A stretch of 64,000 nucleotides of DNA from Geosiphon pyriformis uo1. Its lineage: Eukaryota > Fungi > Glomeromycota. The position numbers were made by a program, and so were the translations under genes. The notes under the pieces were generated by a model, which had not been told where the DNA came from, made no database searches, and was given only the letters and a program-made list of their open reading frames with translations. The number at the start of each line of letters is the position of its first letter. Within the stretch, counting starts at the first letter, position 1. Location of the stretch: the NCBI GenBank assembly GCA_016748015.1, contig JAAOMT010000082.1, positions 219,483 through 283,482 on the forward strand, read 5' to 3'. Positions 51,663-64,000 of the stretch are shown here, in pieces.

Positions 51663-52524
51663 TATTACTCATAGAAATATAAAAAATATATTAGCATAAT
51701 TATTAGCCAATCAGAAGTAAGCGTAGTAAATGTGGAATTCCAGAATTCCTCTCAAAAATTACAGAATTCCAAGAATTTCAGAATTCCCAATGAGGAATTG
51801 CAGGATTTTAGAATTGTAGGATTCCTCTCAAAGGAATTGCAGGATTCCAGGAATTCCAGAATTCTTGTTGTGAAGAGTCGAGGAATTGAGGAATCCTAAT
51901 TATGTATATATAGCAGTAGTATTAGAAACAGAAAAGACAGAATTGATACTACAGAATCCTTAGCCAAAAAACCAATCATCAAATAAATAATTATTCTATT
52001 TCTCAATCCACTCTCCACTATCAACCCTTTATGTTGATAGTAATTGATACTTAATCATGCTGGAACAATAGCTCTTGATCACAGCTATTGACAAGATACT
52101 AATGTACCAAATTGCCTTGGCTTATTTCTTTATTTTTTTTAATTTTATTTTCTTTCTTTCTTTGATTTTGTTGTTATATACTAATTGAGTAAAAAAATTA
52201 AGCACTGAGTTATTAATGTCAAGGATAGCCTGGTAAAAGACCCAGAAATAAGGGTAGAATTATATATATATTAACAGATAGCTTACCAGAAAGACACGAC
52301 TGTCAAAGTAAATCTGGCCGCCAAGCTGAGAAAGAAATTAGGCATAATTGCAACTCCAGAAAAACTACTACTATCAACACTGAATCTCTGTCTATTATAC
52401 AAAAAATTCCACAACAAAACCTTCAGATACCATACCTTTCGCACATCATCCACGAAAGTAGCTTTTGAGTACCAAGTTACAGGTTTGTTATTCAATTCAA
52501 CAACAGAAATAATTACCTATAACA
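51663..52524 (+). repeat. B3 3' LTR
   Basis: Terminal TG mutated to TA; ends TATAACA. Confidence 0.92.
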
Positions 52525-52577
52525 TCATCACTTTGAATTTGTTGTTTGCTGTATTATTTCTATAGGAGAGCACTAAA

Positions 52578-53506
52578 TATTACTGGAGGTTTTTGGTCTC
52601 TTTTCTTAAATGTTGTTGATGCCTGTTCATTGTGAATTCACATTTTCTGGATGTGGTTGAACCTCCAATAACTGAATTTATCTTCAAATTATCTTCTATA
52701 ATTTGAACTACTGGGCTTATAAGTGGAATGGCCAATTCCTTGCCAGTTACTTTATGTAGTTACATTGTAATAAACATCAACTCTTTCCCAGGAATTGCTT
52801 GTCTGGAAGCTCACTAAAAATGTGTAGTTATTTTGCTGTGAAAGTCAACTCTTCTACAGGAATCTTGTCTGTAGGCTACCCTAATGATTGTAATAAGAAA
52901 AGAAAAGAAAAATAAAAGAAATGTAAAAGAAATAGGATTTTATCAAGGGAAACGTTTTTTTATCCAGGCCTGGAGTCACCAACAGTTTACTAAAATTGGT
53001 AGCTAATCAATTTCGAAATGTTAGTTGAATTTTGGGAATTTTCCAAGTACAATAATTAAAGAATTTGGTTTTTTGAATTATTTGATATTTATTTTTTTTT
53101 GTGTGTATAAGAACAGTTTTAAGAGATAAATCTAAAGTAAGATACATTTTCTTGAAAAAAAAAGCTTTTCTTTTATACAACTTGTTGTAGTACTAGTCTA
53201 TGAACTTGCACTTTTTCTCTTTGCTCAAATTTCAGTGAACTAAAGATACATTTTGGTGAACTACAAGTTATTTCGCTGAACTATTCATAATTTCGGCAAA
53301 TTTCTGTAAATTTTGGCGAATTTTTGAATATTACAAAGTTCAAAGTATTGTGTAATTTGATCATCCTACTTTCTGTTATATTAATTAGATTATTTTAATT
53401 GAATTGTGATATGTAATAATTTGAAATAATATTAATATATTAATTAATTATAGGAATTATAAGGGTAATTTCATGCTAATTAATAGCTAAAATTTTACTG
53501 GTAACA
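52578..53506 (-). repeat. A2 5' LTR
   Basis: Followed on the minus strand by PBS TTTAGTGCTCTCC. Confidence 0.92.
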
Positions 53507-54040
53507 ATGGCTACTGCAATGTATCTGTTTTCTCTACTGGTAATTGTTAATGATCCAACTAAGTCAATTCCAATGTGATCAAATGGTTGTTCCACTTTGA
53601 TTGGTCTTAGTGATTTACTGGGTCTGGTTCCTTCTCTTTTTTGACAAGCATCACAATTTTGAACATATTAGATGATGTCTAGATACATTGATAGCCAATA
53701 GTATCTTTTTCTAGTTTTTTCCATAGTTACTTCTTTATGGAAATGTCCTGCTGTTGGATCTAAATACATATTGAATAGTATTGTCTCTTTTTTTGGCTCT
53801 GTAATTACTCTAGTTGATTGATTTGGATCTTTTCTATTCTTTTGATAAAGTATATTTTGGTAAGTAATAAAGTATTTTGATTGTTGTTTAATACTATTTC
53901 ATTCTGATTGAGATAATTTCTTCTTGAACTGTTAAGTATCTATATAATGTTTGAGTTGTTGGTATTTTTGTGTGTTCATCTTTTGTTATATTTTTATTGG
54001 GTTTGGTTTGGTTTTGTTATATTTTTGGGTTAAAATGTTC

Positions 54041-57000
54041 TTAGATTTGTCTTATTCATAACAAACCATTAGCATTTCCATTGTCTTTTCTCTTTCTATA
54101 ATGTATGGTATAAGTATATGATAAGAGTGCTATTTTCCATCTTGATTGTTTGCCATCTCCAAATTTTTGGTTTTGGAGTAATATCAGTTCTTTGTGATCT
54201 GTGTACACCTCAAACTTCTGGCTCAAGTATTTTTTCCATTTTATGACTGCCCAATAGATTGCTAAGTGTTCTAATTTTGGTGTTCTATAGTTTTTTTTGG
54301 CTGAAGTTAAATCTCAGCTGGTATATGTGACTAAATGTTCCCTTCCATCCAATCCTTTTTGGGATAGCACTGCTCCCAATGCTTGATCTGATGTATCAGT
54401 GGTGATAATGAATGGTTTACTGTGATCTGGATAGATCAATACTAGAGCTTAAATAAGCTTTTTTCTTAAGATGTTAAATGCTTCTTGCTAAGTTTCAGTT
54501 CATTTGTATTTTACATTCTTGGTTTGGAGATAATTAAATGGCTGAACTATCTTAGAAAAGTCTTTGATGAAGTGACAATAATAGTCTGCAAATCCCAAGA
54601 ATGATTTTAACTCCATTATGTTGGTCGGTATTGAAAATTTCTTTACTATCTCTATTTTATCCAAGTCTGTCTTGATGCCATCTTTGCTTACTATATGTCC
54701 CAAAAACTTGAGTTCTGTTTTGTTGAAGAAACACTTTGTTGTATTCAATTTTAATCCAGCTCTTCTCAGTCTTTTAAACACTTGTTGGAGATAATATAGA
54801 TGGTTGTCAAATGTTTTTGAGAACACATTGGTGTCATCCAGATAAACTACTACTGATTTCCACAATAAGCTGGTATATACTATTTCTATTAGCTATTGAA
54901 ATATGGCTGGAGCATTCATCAAGTCAAATAACATGACTTCAAACTCAAAATTTTTTTCTTTCATCATAAAAGCCGTTTTTTCTTTGTCTACTGGATCTAT
55001 GGCTACTTGTTAGTATTTACTGTCTAGATCCAGTGTTGAAAACCATTTATTTTCTTCAAAAGCATCAAATAGCTTCTGGATTTATAGAGTTGGATAGCTG
55101 TCTCCATGAGTAATTCCATTAAGTTTTCTGTAGTCTACACAAAATCTGATTTTTCTATTCTTTTTCCAGACAAGTACTACTGATAATGACCATGGGCTCA
55201 TAGATGGCTGAATTAGCCCATTGTCAAGCATTTGGTTGATCTCTTAATGAATGATCTCATGACTAGTTAGTGGTATTCTGTATGCTTGTTGTTTGATTGA
55301 CATAGTATCTTTAGTCTTGATCTGATGTTGAATAATATCAGTTCTACCAAATTTGTTTTTGCTAATGAAGATGTCATTGAAGTTGTTCAGTAACATCTTG
55401 AGTTGTATACATTGAAGTGGATCCAAATTTTCTATGTTCATTTGTTCTAATTGTTCTGGTTGGAGCAAATAACATTTATTTTGTCCATAGATTGTTTGTG
55501 ATGTGATATCCACATATCCACATAGCTATGGAAAATCTGGAATAATACTTGGTGGTTGATTTTCTAATTCAGTGCTCAAGTATTCAATGATGGTTCCCTC
55601 TGGTATTGTGATGGCATCTCTTGTTGTGTTGTAAATAGAAATTTTGATATGGTTGTGGCTTTTGGCTGGTATGTGGAAATTGATAAGTCCAATTTCTCCT
55701 GATTCACAAAGGCTTGTTTCTGCTTTAAAAATCTGATTCTCATCTTTCACTTTTTTTCTATAACTACTATGTACTGGTCATATGGTAGAATAGAAATTGC
55801 TTGACCAGTTGAAATAATTTCTCCTTGGCCAACAATTTCTTTTTCTGCCATATTGACTGGTATATCTATTCTACCCGTTGAACCAAATTCTTGTATCCCT
55901 TTGGCTGTAATCCCTAATTCTTCTCTGTTTCCCACTGATACTAGTTGAGCTATTTTCACTAGAAACAGGAATATTGCCTGTGCTATCTTTTCATTTGGCT
56001 CTATAATGTAGGCTTTTTCTGAGTTGTTCTGTAGCATAGCAACAATATTTCCTACATATCTTGCATCAATTATCCCTCCTCTAATGTTGATTCTCTTTTT
56101 TGCTTAACTACTCCTAGATGCTAATTGAACCATTGTTGTTGCTAGAATTTCCAGTGCTATTTTGAGATCAATGCATGTGTGTAAATGTGGTTCCAATTTG
56201 ATGGCATTTTTGCCTGAATACCTCAGATCAAACCTGGTATCAGTATTATGTGCACATTTTGGCATGATCTTTTCCTTATTATTGCTGAACCATTTTAATG
56301 TCTGCTCTTTGGTGAGATTAGAAAGTGTGATATATATTTTTGGGTTTGAATCGGAGTCCAAATTGCTGTTTTTTTTGTTGCCATTTTGGACAGAGCTGGT
56401 GTTTTTATTGTCATCATTGTCAGAGATTGAATCGGGATTAAACAATGATTCTGATTCCAATGCGCAGCTGCTAATTGGTTCAATTTTTTCTGAGATCATA
56501 TAGATTATGTGTGGTGGTAGATTGTAAATAAAGTCACAATCATCACACAATTGAAAATTACATAGAATTAAACAGTGATCACATAATTAGGTGTTGATTT
56601 CCTTCAAGCATTGCTCTTGCTCTTCTCTTGTGAGTGCTAGATTTTAATAGTGTTCATGGAATTTTTCTGGGCTGTTTTTCAAGTCAAGAAAGACATCCGG
56701 GTTGAGAACCAAAATACTGTCTGTTGGTTCTGGAGAGTTGTTTTTGATCTCCAGAATTTTACTGGGTGAAGCACCTTCTACTTTGGCATTGGTTATTTGC
56801 CAGATCTCATCCTTGTCGTGTGGATAACCTTCTAAATAAGAGATTGCTCTGTGCCAGGCTGCTGTGATGGGTGTTTCATGACTCACCCAGTTGCTAATGA
56901 GGATTGTGTATTGGCACAAAGTGTTACACGTTCTTTCTTGACTAGGAATGTCATTCCACATCCCTTTGTCAAGCAGTTGTTCTCCACAAGTGAGACAGAG

Positions 57001-60000
57001 TTCATTGTTCTTGTCTCTTAGGGTACTCATAGCATTCGCGGTAGCATGGTTTACAGTAGTAATGGGTGCACATTCAGTAGTCTTCATCTAGTGCAACCCA
57101 AGCTCCCATTGAGGACAACTTCTTGTTGCAGTTTTTATACTTGAGAGGAATACGCAGTGGTTCTGGTCTGGTGTTAGTCGAGTAGGATCTTCTCCAGCCA
57201 TTGGTGCTGGCTTTGGTGGTTTTATTAGTTTCAAGTCAGTTTTCTTCATTTCCTTTCCTTTTTTTTTGATTGCTTTTCTTCCACTCTTAGGTTGATGAAT
57301 CTTCTTGATTATTGTTGATTTCCCAGATTTGGTTAGTGTTCCAGGTAAGTTCTTCTTTTCTTTTTCTTTTTTCTTGGTTGTTGTCATCCCAGGCGAGTAT
57401 TGGCAGCAGTTTGTTGTGGTCAACATTGGTCCACAATATTTGGTACGCTTCTCAGGTGGGTTTCGGCTTCTCTTCTTCCAAGTCGATTAGTGGTGCTGGT
57501 GTGTGACTGGGTTTGAAATGGCCACACGTCACTGGTACTTATGTGTGTTGGCCATCTCGATTGATTTGCAACTTTTGTGTGATCCAGTCAAGCATTACAT
57601 TTGTTTTGGACAGCCAGTTATTACCAACTAGAGCTTAGTATTGGGTGGCTTCCATGACTAGTATCTTGATTAGTACTATGATGTCATTGATTTCAATGAA
57701 AAGGTTGTCAATTTTACCAATTGGGGTCTTGGTAACCCCATCAGCTGTGATTATCTTGGTGCTAGCAGCTCAATTAACTTGGTGACCTAATTAATCCATA
57801 AGTTGTCTTGTAATGATGCTATCTGCTGAACCACTATCAAAAATGAGTTTGATGGTATAGCCATCAATTTTCACATCAGTATACATGGCAGTGATTGATT
57901 TTTCTTTGAGTGTGGCTCCACTAAACAACGGGACTTCCGAGAGTTCATCAATTTCAAAGGGAAATATTGTGACAAGTGACTCGTCTTTTGTGATGGTTGC
58001 TGGTAAAATGTTGCTGGTAAGTGTGGGTAATTGATTGGATTTCAAGTGGTTGGATGTGACGTTTTCTGGAGTAATTAGAAGACTTAAATAGTTCTGGGAA
58101 TTTGGGTTTTGAGTATGACCAGTACCCGAATTCCGAGAATGTGATTCAGTTGGTTATTAAAAGGAGCTGGGGATCAGTTGATGGACAACTATCACCTATC
58201 TCCAGTTTTGAGTGACTCTTAATCTGGGGTTTCCTAATGTCATCTGAGCTGGGTGTGATGATAGTGTTAGAACTATGGGTGTCTAATAGATAATTTGTGG
58301 CTGTGGTTGATAAATTGCTGGTGGCTGCAGTTGATAAACTGGAAGTTGATATACTGGTGATTGATAGATTGGTGGCTGCATTATAAGCAGGTAAGTCGGT
58401 TGATATTGGGTTGAGTTTGTTTGATAATTCTGGGTTGGAAACTGGTGATCGAGGTTATAATATTGATTTCCCAATTGTTAGTTATTTAAATGTTGTTAGC
58501 AGTTGATTTGTATGTGTCCTTGTCTACCACAATAGTAGTAAATGCATGTTTTATACTGCCACTGTTGATTGGTTGAAGATGAGGGACGTAATTGATTCTG
58601 GAAATAATTCGCATTTTCTTGATTATTGCATTGTTGTAAAGGCCAATAAATTACATGATTGTCAGCTAAGTATCTTTCTAGTTTCTGATTGATTGAATCA
58701 TTGAATTGTTTTAATTTGGAATTCAATTCAAATGATCCATTCATTACTAGGTTTATAGCTTGAGTGTAATTAGCTTCTAGTTCAGCTGTTTCAAAATCTC
58801 GGACATGTGTGACCACAGTTGGTAGGTCTACTGGGTGCATTGGACATACTTGTTATAGAATGCTGCTGTGCAAGCCTCTAATAAATTGATTCAAAATCTG
58901 TGGTGCTGTAAAATAATCAGCTTGAATTGCCTGTATCTGGTGCAAATTTTAATGGAAACATCCCAAATAAGTAGTAACTGCTTCAGTATCTCTTTGCTTA
59001 ATAGTGGTAAAGGTGTTAGCTAATTTGTTGATGCTGTTATTGTTACTAAAATATCTTATAAATTCAGTTTTGAATTCATTAAAATTTTGGGGTTTTATAG
59101 CGAAACTTTGATACCACGTGTCAGTGGTATCCTGGAGAAAATAGGGAATGGTTTGTATTGCTTGGGCGTCATTTCATCTGTTGGCTGCAATGGTTTTTTC
59201 CATATCATTCAGCCATAGTTGAGTGTCATCCTCTTTGCTGGTAAAATTGTTGAGTTTTGTAATTAGTGCATAAGCCATTGGATCTAAGTTGGGTTGTTGT
59301 GGTGGCTGTTGAAGTGATTGTTGTTGCACTAGTTGTTGAGATGGTAGTTGAAGTGGCTGCTGTATGGATTCAGCTATTGGATTAATTGGTGGTTGATCAA
59401 TGACAATTACTAGAGGTAAGTATAATTGATTATTTAGATCAGGGTTTCAATTATCCTGAGTTGGCAGTGTCTGAATATTCAGAGTTTCAATTTCTGGATT
59501 TTCTGGATTTAGATTTTGCTGGGTTTGAGAATTCAGGGTTTTAAATTCCGGGTTTTCAGTAATCAGGTTCTAGTAAGTGAATTCTTGATTCTCGGATTCT
59601 TTTTTCTCTTTCTCTTCTTGTTCCCCTTCCAATTCAGTAATTTCTCACAAACTTGCTGTTCTGAAGTCTGGTTGAGGTGGTGTTGACCGGAATCCTGATG
59701 GCATGGGCAATCATGATTTAAATCCCTCAAAATATTTGCCATATGGTCTTAATAACTCCATTTTTTTTTGTTTACTTTGGAATAGGAATTGTCTAAATGA
59801 TGATGCTGTGTTTGATGTGGACACACCTGCTGATGTAATATTGATGGTGCTTCCAGGTGTGTGATGATATAATGGATATGGTGGGAATTCAATTCTTTGT
59901 TTCTTCCAGGTTGGTAGTTGTATCCCTTTAAGCGTTATTGCTTGTATTTGTAACCTTCCTTTGCCTTTGTCTGCGTAGGTGATAAGGAATTGTTGTTGGA

Positions 60001-60283
60001 TGTATCTTTCAATAGTTTGGTTGATTTTTCTGATTATTGGTGCAAAATTATAGTTCCTTGGTAAGTTGGTGTGTTAGAATAATTCTGTGTAAAAGTTTTT
60101 TCTTGCTGTTTCAATGTTAATTGTTCCTCCTAAGCAGTCAGTGATTTTGTTGTTGACATAAAAGTTGAAGTCTGATTCTGCTGGAAAATGATTACTGTTT
60201 AATCCTAGTTGTTGGTTGTATTGTTGAAACAAAGATTTGGCAAATCCTAAATGGTTGGCTTCTATGTTTTCTGGTTCTGCCAC
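54041..60283 (-). pseudogene. gag-pol: B2 gag-pol, degenerate
   Basis: GTG start at 60283, CYYCGRQGHIQINC-like knuckle, LIFDSGS, dUTPase ~55865-56295, VVVYLDD 54500-54865. Confidence 0.9.
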
Positions 60284-60345
60284 TTTTGGATGGGTGTTGT
60301 TGGTGCTGGTTCTCTGTAGGATTATACCTCATAGGGAGCACCAAA

Positions 60346-61226
60346 TATTACAGATAATTATTTGGGGTCTTAAATCAAATAATAAATCTGTAACTTGGTG
60401 CTTTTAGTATCTTGACAATATAAGTACTATTAGTAGGTTGCTGTTATCTGAAGATTTGATTAATCTGAAGGTTTTGGATTAAGTTCTTTGTATAATGGAC
60501 AGAGATTTTTTGTTAATATTATTCACAGTTTTTTTGTAAGTTGTTTCCCAATTTCTTTCTTAGCTTGGTGGCCAGATTTATTCTGGCAGTTATATCCTTC
60601 TGATAAGTTATCCGATAATATATATAATTCTACCCTTATTTCTGGGTCTTTTATCAGGCTACCCGTGATGTCAATAACTCAGTGCTTTTAATCTTTAATC
60701 AATTAGTATACAACAAAAATCAAAGAAAGAAATAAAGAAAATAAAAAAATGTAAAGAAATAAGCCAAGGCAATTTGCAAGTTAATATCCCATTAATAGCT
60801 GTGATTAAGAGCTATTGTTCCAGTGTGGTTAAGTATCAATTACTATCAACATAAAGTATTGATAATGGAAGTGGGTTTTTAAAATAGCAAATAGTTATTT
60901 ATTGTGGTTTGGAAAGTTGTCTAGATGAAATCTAAACTGAGAGGTCTGTCTTTTCAGCTTCTAATACTACTGTTATATATACATAATTGAGATTTCTCAA
61001 TTCCTTAATTCTTTATGACAGGAATTCTAGAATTTTTGGAATCTTGTGATTCCATTGAGAGGAATCCTGCAATTCTAGAATTCTGCAATTCCTCATGTGA
61101 GAATTCTGCAATTTCTGGAATTCTGCAATTTCTCTGAAAGGAATCTTGGAATTCCTCATTTACTATGTCTACTTCTGATTGGCTAATAACTATGTTAATA
61201 TGTTTTCTATATTTCTATGAGTAACA
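60346..61226 (-). repeat. B2 5' LTR
   Basis: Colinear with 20857-21303+31539-31972. Confidence 0.9.
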
Positions 61227-61278
61227 TTGTCACTTTGAAGTTGTTATTGTTGTGTTATTTTTGTAAGAGAGCACCAAA

Positions 61279-62238
61279 TGTTACCAGAGATTTTTGGTCT
61301 CTTTTTTTGAATATTGTTGATGTCTGTTTGTTGTAAATTTACGTTTTCTAGAAGTAGTTGAACCTCCAATAACTGAATTTATCTTCAAATTATCTTCTAT
61401 AATTTGAACTGCTGGGCTTATAAGTGGAATGGCCAATTCTGTGCCAGTTGTTTTGTGTAATTACATTGTAGTAAACGTTAACTCTTTTTCAGAAATTGCT
61501 CATCTGGAAGCTTACTAAAAATGTGTAGTTACTTTGCTGTGAAAGTCAACTCTTTTACAGAAATCTTGTCTGTAGACTACTCTAATGATTGTAATAAGAA
61601 AAGAAAAAAAATATAAAAGAAATAGAATTCTGTTAAAGAAAACGTTTTCTATTCAGGTCTGGAGTCATTAACAGTTTATTGAAATTGGTAGCTAATCAAT
61701 TTCAAAACGTTAGTTGTGTTGAGGGAATTTCAAGTGTAATAATTTAAGGATTTGGTTTTTGAATATTTAATTTTTATTTAATTTTGTAAAAAAATAATTT
61801 GTTCTAATTAAGATATTTAGAGTAAGATACTATGGTAAGATATGGGAAGGATACATTTTCTTGAAGAGAAAAGCTCTTCTTTTATACAACTTGTTGTAGT
61901 ACTAATTTTTGAACTTGCACTTTTTTTTTTTCTTCAATTTGGGTAAACTAAAGATACATTTTGGCAAACTACAAGTTATTTTACTGAACTATTTGATTAT
62001 TTCAGCAAATTTTCATTAATTTCGGCGAATTTTGACTATGTTAAATGGTTCAAGGTATTGTATAATTTTATCATCTCAATTTCTAAAGTACAAATCGAAT
62101 TATTGGTTGAATTAAGATAATTGCTACTTTGACTAAAATTATAAGTAATATTTGATTTAATAATAGTATGCTAATTAATAATAAGAATTATGAAGGTAAT
62201 TTCATGCTAATTTAATAGCTAAAATTCTACTAATAACA
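61279..62238 (-). repeat. A1 5' LTR
   Basis: TGTTACCAGAG…TAATAACA. Shares diagnostic variants (GTTAGTTGTGTTGAGGG) with the 1883 copy rather than with the A2 LTRs. Confidence 0.92.
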
Positions 62239-64000
62239 CTGCCTTCCAGAAATTTACATAAGATTCCAATAACTGACATCGAACAGATTCATCAACTTTA
62301 CAAGAAAACACATGAACTGACACCTCTACATTATCACAATATAAGCACAATACACTAAGATAGAGTCTATTATAAAGACACTTCTGAATGGCAATTAGCA
62401 GCCAATAGTACAAAGCTTTTATAAAGTAAGTGTATACATTGGCTAAAAGTCTGCTAGTGAAACCTGCCATACTAACAATAAGCAAAGCCAATCAACCTCA
62501 GAAAGCAAATTGTCTGCCAAAAACTTAGAACCAAAACCAATCTTCCAGCATGTATGACAAACTGAATAATAAATATTATAGACAAAATGTCTGGAATTGC
62601 CAGAAACAATATTACCATCAACTATTATAAAGTGTTTACTTAAGTGAGAAGAAAGATATCAACCAGAGAGAAAAGCAGCACCAGCTATTATGTCAGTGCA
62701 CTCATTTCCTGAAATGTCAGAGTAATCTTTTATTTTATGCCAGCTAATCTCCAAATTTTTACTGCAAATAACATTAACAATATGATGATGTTTGACCCAA
62801 CACTAATTATGAAAGTTGGAACACACTAGATCCAATTCTGACTTATAAGCATCCAGAACAAATTGACTATCTGAAAACAATTGAATAGAGCTTGATAAGG
62901 GAACACACTCTAGAGCCAATGCAATAGTCTGCAATTCCACTAAAGTAGACGACATTAAATCTGACACACCAACACCCAAACCCAAATTAATATTCTTGAA
63001 AAAAACAGTAGTGCTAACTCTACAGCTGACTGTGTTCAGATTACTAAGAAACCTATCCATATACACTAACAAATTACTAGTATCAGTGCACAAGAAATGA
63101 TCACAAACAGACATAAAATCATTAGATTCAAGAATGTTCAAAGAACCAACACCACTTAAAACCAAGAAAATAGTAGAAAAAAAACTCATACCATTGAGAA
63201 ATACAATAGAAAGCTCAAACCACTCAAGAACAAGGCTGTGGGGGTTCAATCTCTTCTAACATTTGAAGGTGTACCAATCAAAAACAGCACTATGATGATC
63301 ATGAAGTTAATCCACAAAGGCAATACCATATCACTAGAGAAAAAAAAAAAACCTAAAAAACTTTAACTCATTCAGAACAGCAAACATTAGAACTCTACCA
63401 TGAAACTAAAAAAAATTGGCCAAAGAGCCACTCAGAAACAAATTGCAATCAAAAAAAAACACAAACCATGTCCACCAGAAAGTTATTAAGAGCATTGACA
63501 TGAATACAAACAGGAAAACTCAATAGATAAACAAGGTACCAATACAGAACTTGCAAGTTATGGAATCTGTGAAAAAACAAACAATCCAAGATATCATTAG
63601 AGTTTGCAAAATTAACAAGAGAAGCAACTTTACTCTCAGATTGAACTTAAAAGAAAAATTTCAAACCATAAAAAAAAGGATAGTAAATTGTATCACTAGG
63701 AAAATTGAGTGATAGACCAAATTTAAGCTTCAAGCTCTTATGAATCAAAACATTTCACTTGTTGCACACATCAATAAGAACAAAGCTGAACTGTATTCTA
63801 TAGCTGACTATAGAATGAAGAACTACCCATACTAAATACAAGAACTGCTTATCTAAGACAGCTTTTCTCAGAACCAGATTTGTGAAAAAACAAATATCTG
63901 AATTTGTCTTAGCCAAACTAGGCTTTAAAAGACCCTCAGTTAAAAAAAAAATACCCAAATACCAATAAGATTCACTCTTTTTAGCAATAGAAATTGGCAA
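62239..64000 (-). mobile_element. Non-LTR (LINE) retrotransposon, degenerate ORF2: end of RT, RNase H, CCHC zinc finger; continues past the window
   Basis: YWYLGIF (RT thumb-proximal YLG) in 63755-64000. RNase H-like VYMD…SSTLVELQTIALALE…LFSDSQ in 62803-63249. CLYCDNVEVSVHVFSC in 62219-62491. Many stops and frameshifts. Confidence 0.8.

Larger units (their letters stand above)
42410..52524 (+). mobile_element. Ty3/Gypsy LTR retrotransposon B3, inserted at the gag start of A2 (deepest layer)
   Basis: LTRs 42410-43281 and 51663-52524. PBS 43284-43300, PPT 51648-51662. TSD TCGC(42406-42409)/TCAT(52525-52528). Confidence 0.93.
33577..53506 (-). mobile_element. Ty3/Gypsy LTR retrotransposon A2, inserted in B2 integrase (carries B3)
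   Basis: LTRs 33577-34548 and 52578-53506; perfect TSD ATGG (33573-33576, 53507-53510). Confidence 0.93.
32673..53979 (-). pseudogene. int: B2 integrase, split by A2 (53511-53979 and 32673-33576)
   Basis: The halves rejoin as IAVAIDYLTKW across the ATGG TSD; own ATG at 53979. Confidence 0.85.
20857..61226 (-). mobile_element. Ty3/Gypsy LTR retrotransposon B2, inserted at the gag start of A1 (carries C1 and A2)
   Basis: 3' LTR 20857-21303+31539-31972, 5' LTR 60346-61226. PBS 60327-60343 (TGGTGCTCCCTATGAGG). TSD TCGC(20853-20856)/TTGT(61227-61230). Confidence 0.9.
1883..62238 (-). mobile_element. Ty3/Gypsy LTR retrotransposon A1 (outermost; carries B1 and B2)
   Basis: TGTTA…TAACA LTRs at 1883-2579+12671-12944 (3') and 61279-62238 (5'). 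PBS TTTGGTGCTCTC lies next to 61278 and PPT GAGGAGGAGATTA next to 12945. TSD CCAC(1879-1882)/CTGC(62239-62242). Domain order is PR-RT-RH-IN. Confidence 0.92.

Noticed and set aside
20857-52524. A1+B2 and A2+B3 as a segmental duplication
   Set aside because: B2 and B3 have opposite orientations and different LTR variants, and A2 has its own perfect TSD inside B2.

Overview
AT-rich eukaryotic DNA, probably fungal; a Glomeromycota/Mucoromycota origin is my inference from the repeat style, not proven. About 94% of the window is one nested stack of retroelements. An RNase H-bearing non-LTR (LINE) element on the minus strand is split at 1882/62239 by six full-length, stop-riddled Ty3/Gypsy LTR retrotransposons from three related families, called here A, B and C. 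The copies are A1 1883-62238(-), B1 2580-12666(-), B2 20857-61226(-), C1 21304-31534(+), A2 33577-53506(-) and B3 42410-52524(+). The deepest nest is LINE>A1>B2>A2>B3. All six share an unusual layout: LTR, PBS, a GTG-initiated gag-PR-Cys-rich-dUTPase-RT-RNase H ORF ending in a stop, then integrase as a separate ORF with its own start, then an unknown ~220-240 aa ORF3, PPT and LTR. Each family has its own tandem motif array in U3 and a structured U5. All six 4-bp target-site duplications are consistent with a CpG-centred target, and two independent B insertions hit the same nucleotide at the gag start of family A. The probable first exon of a host coiled-coil gene lies at 697-988(-).
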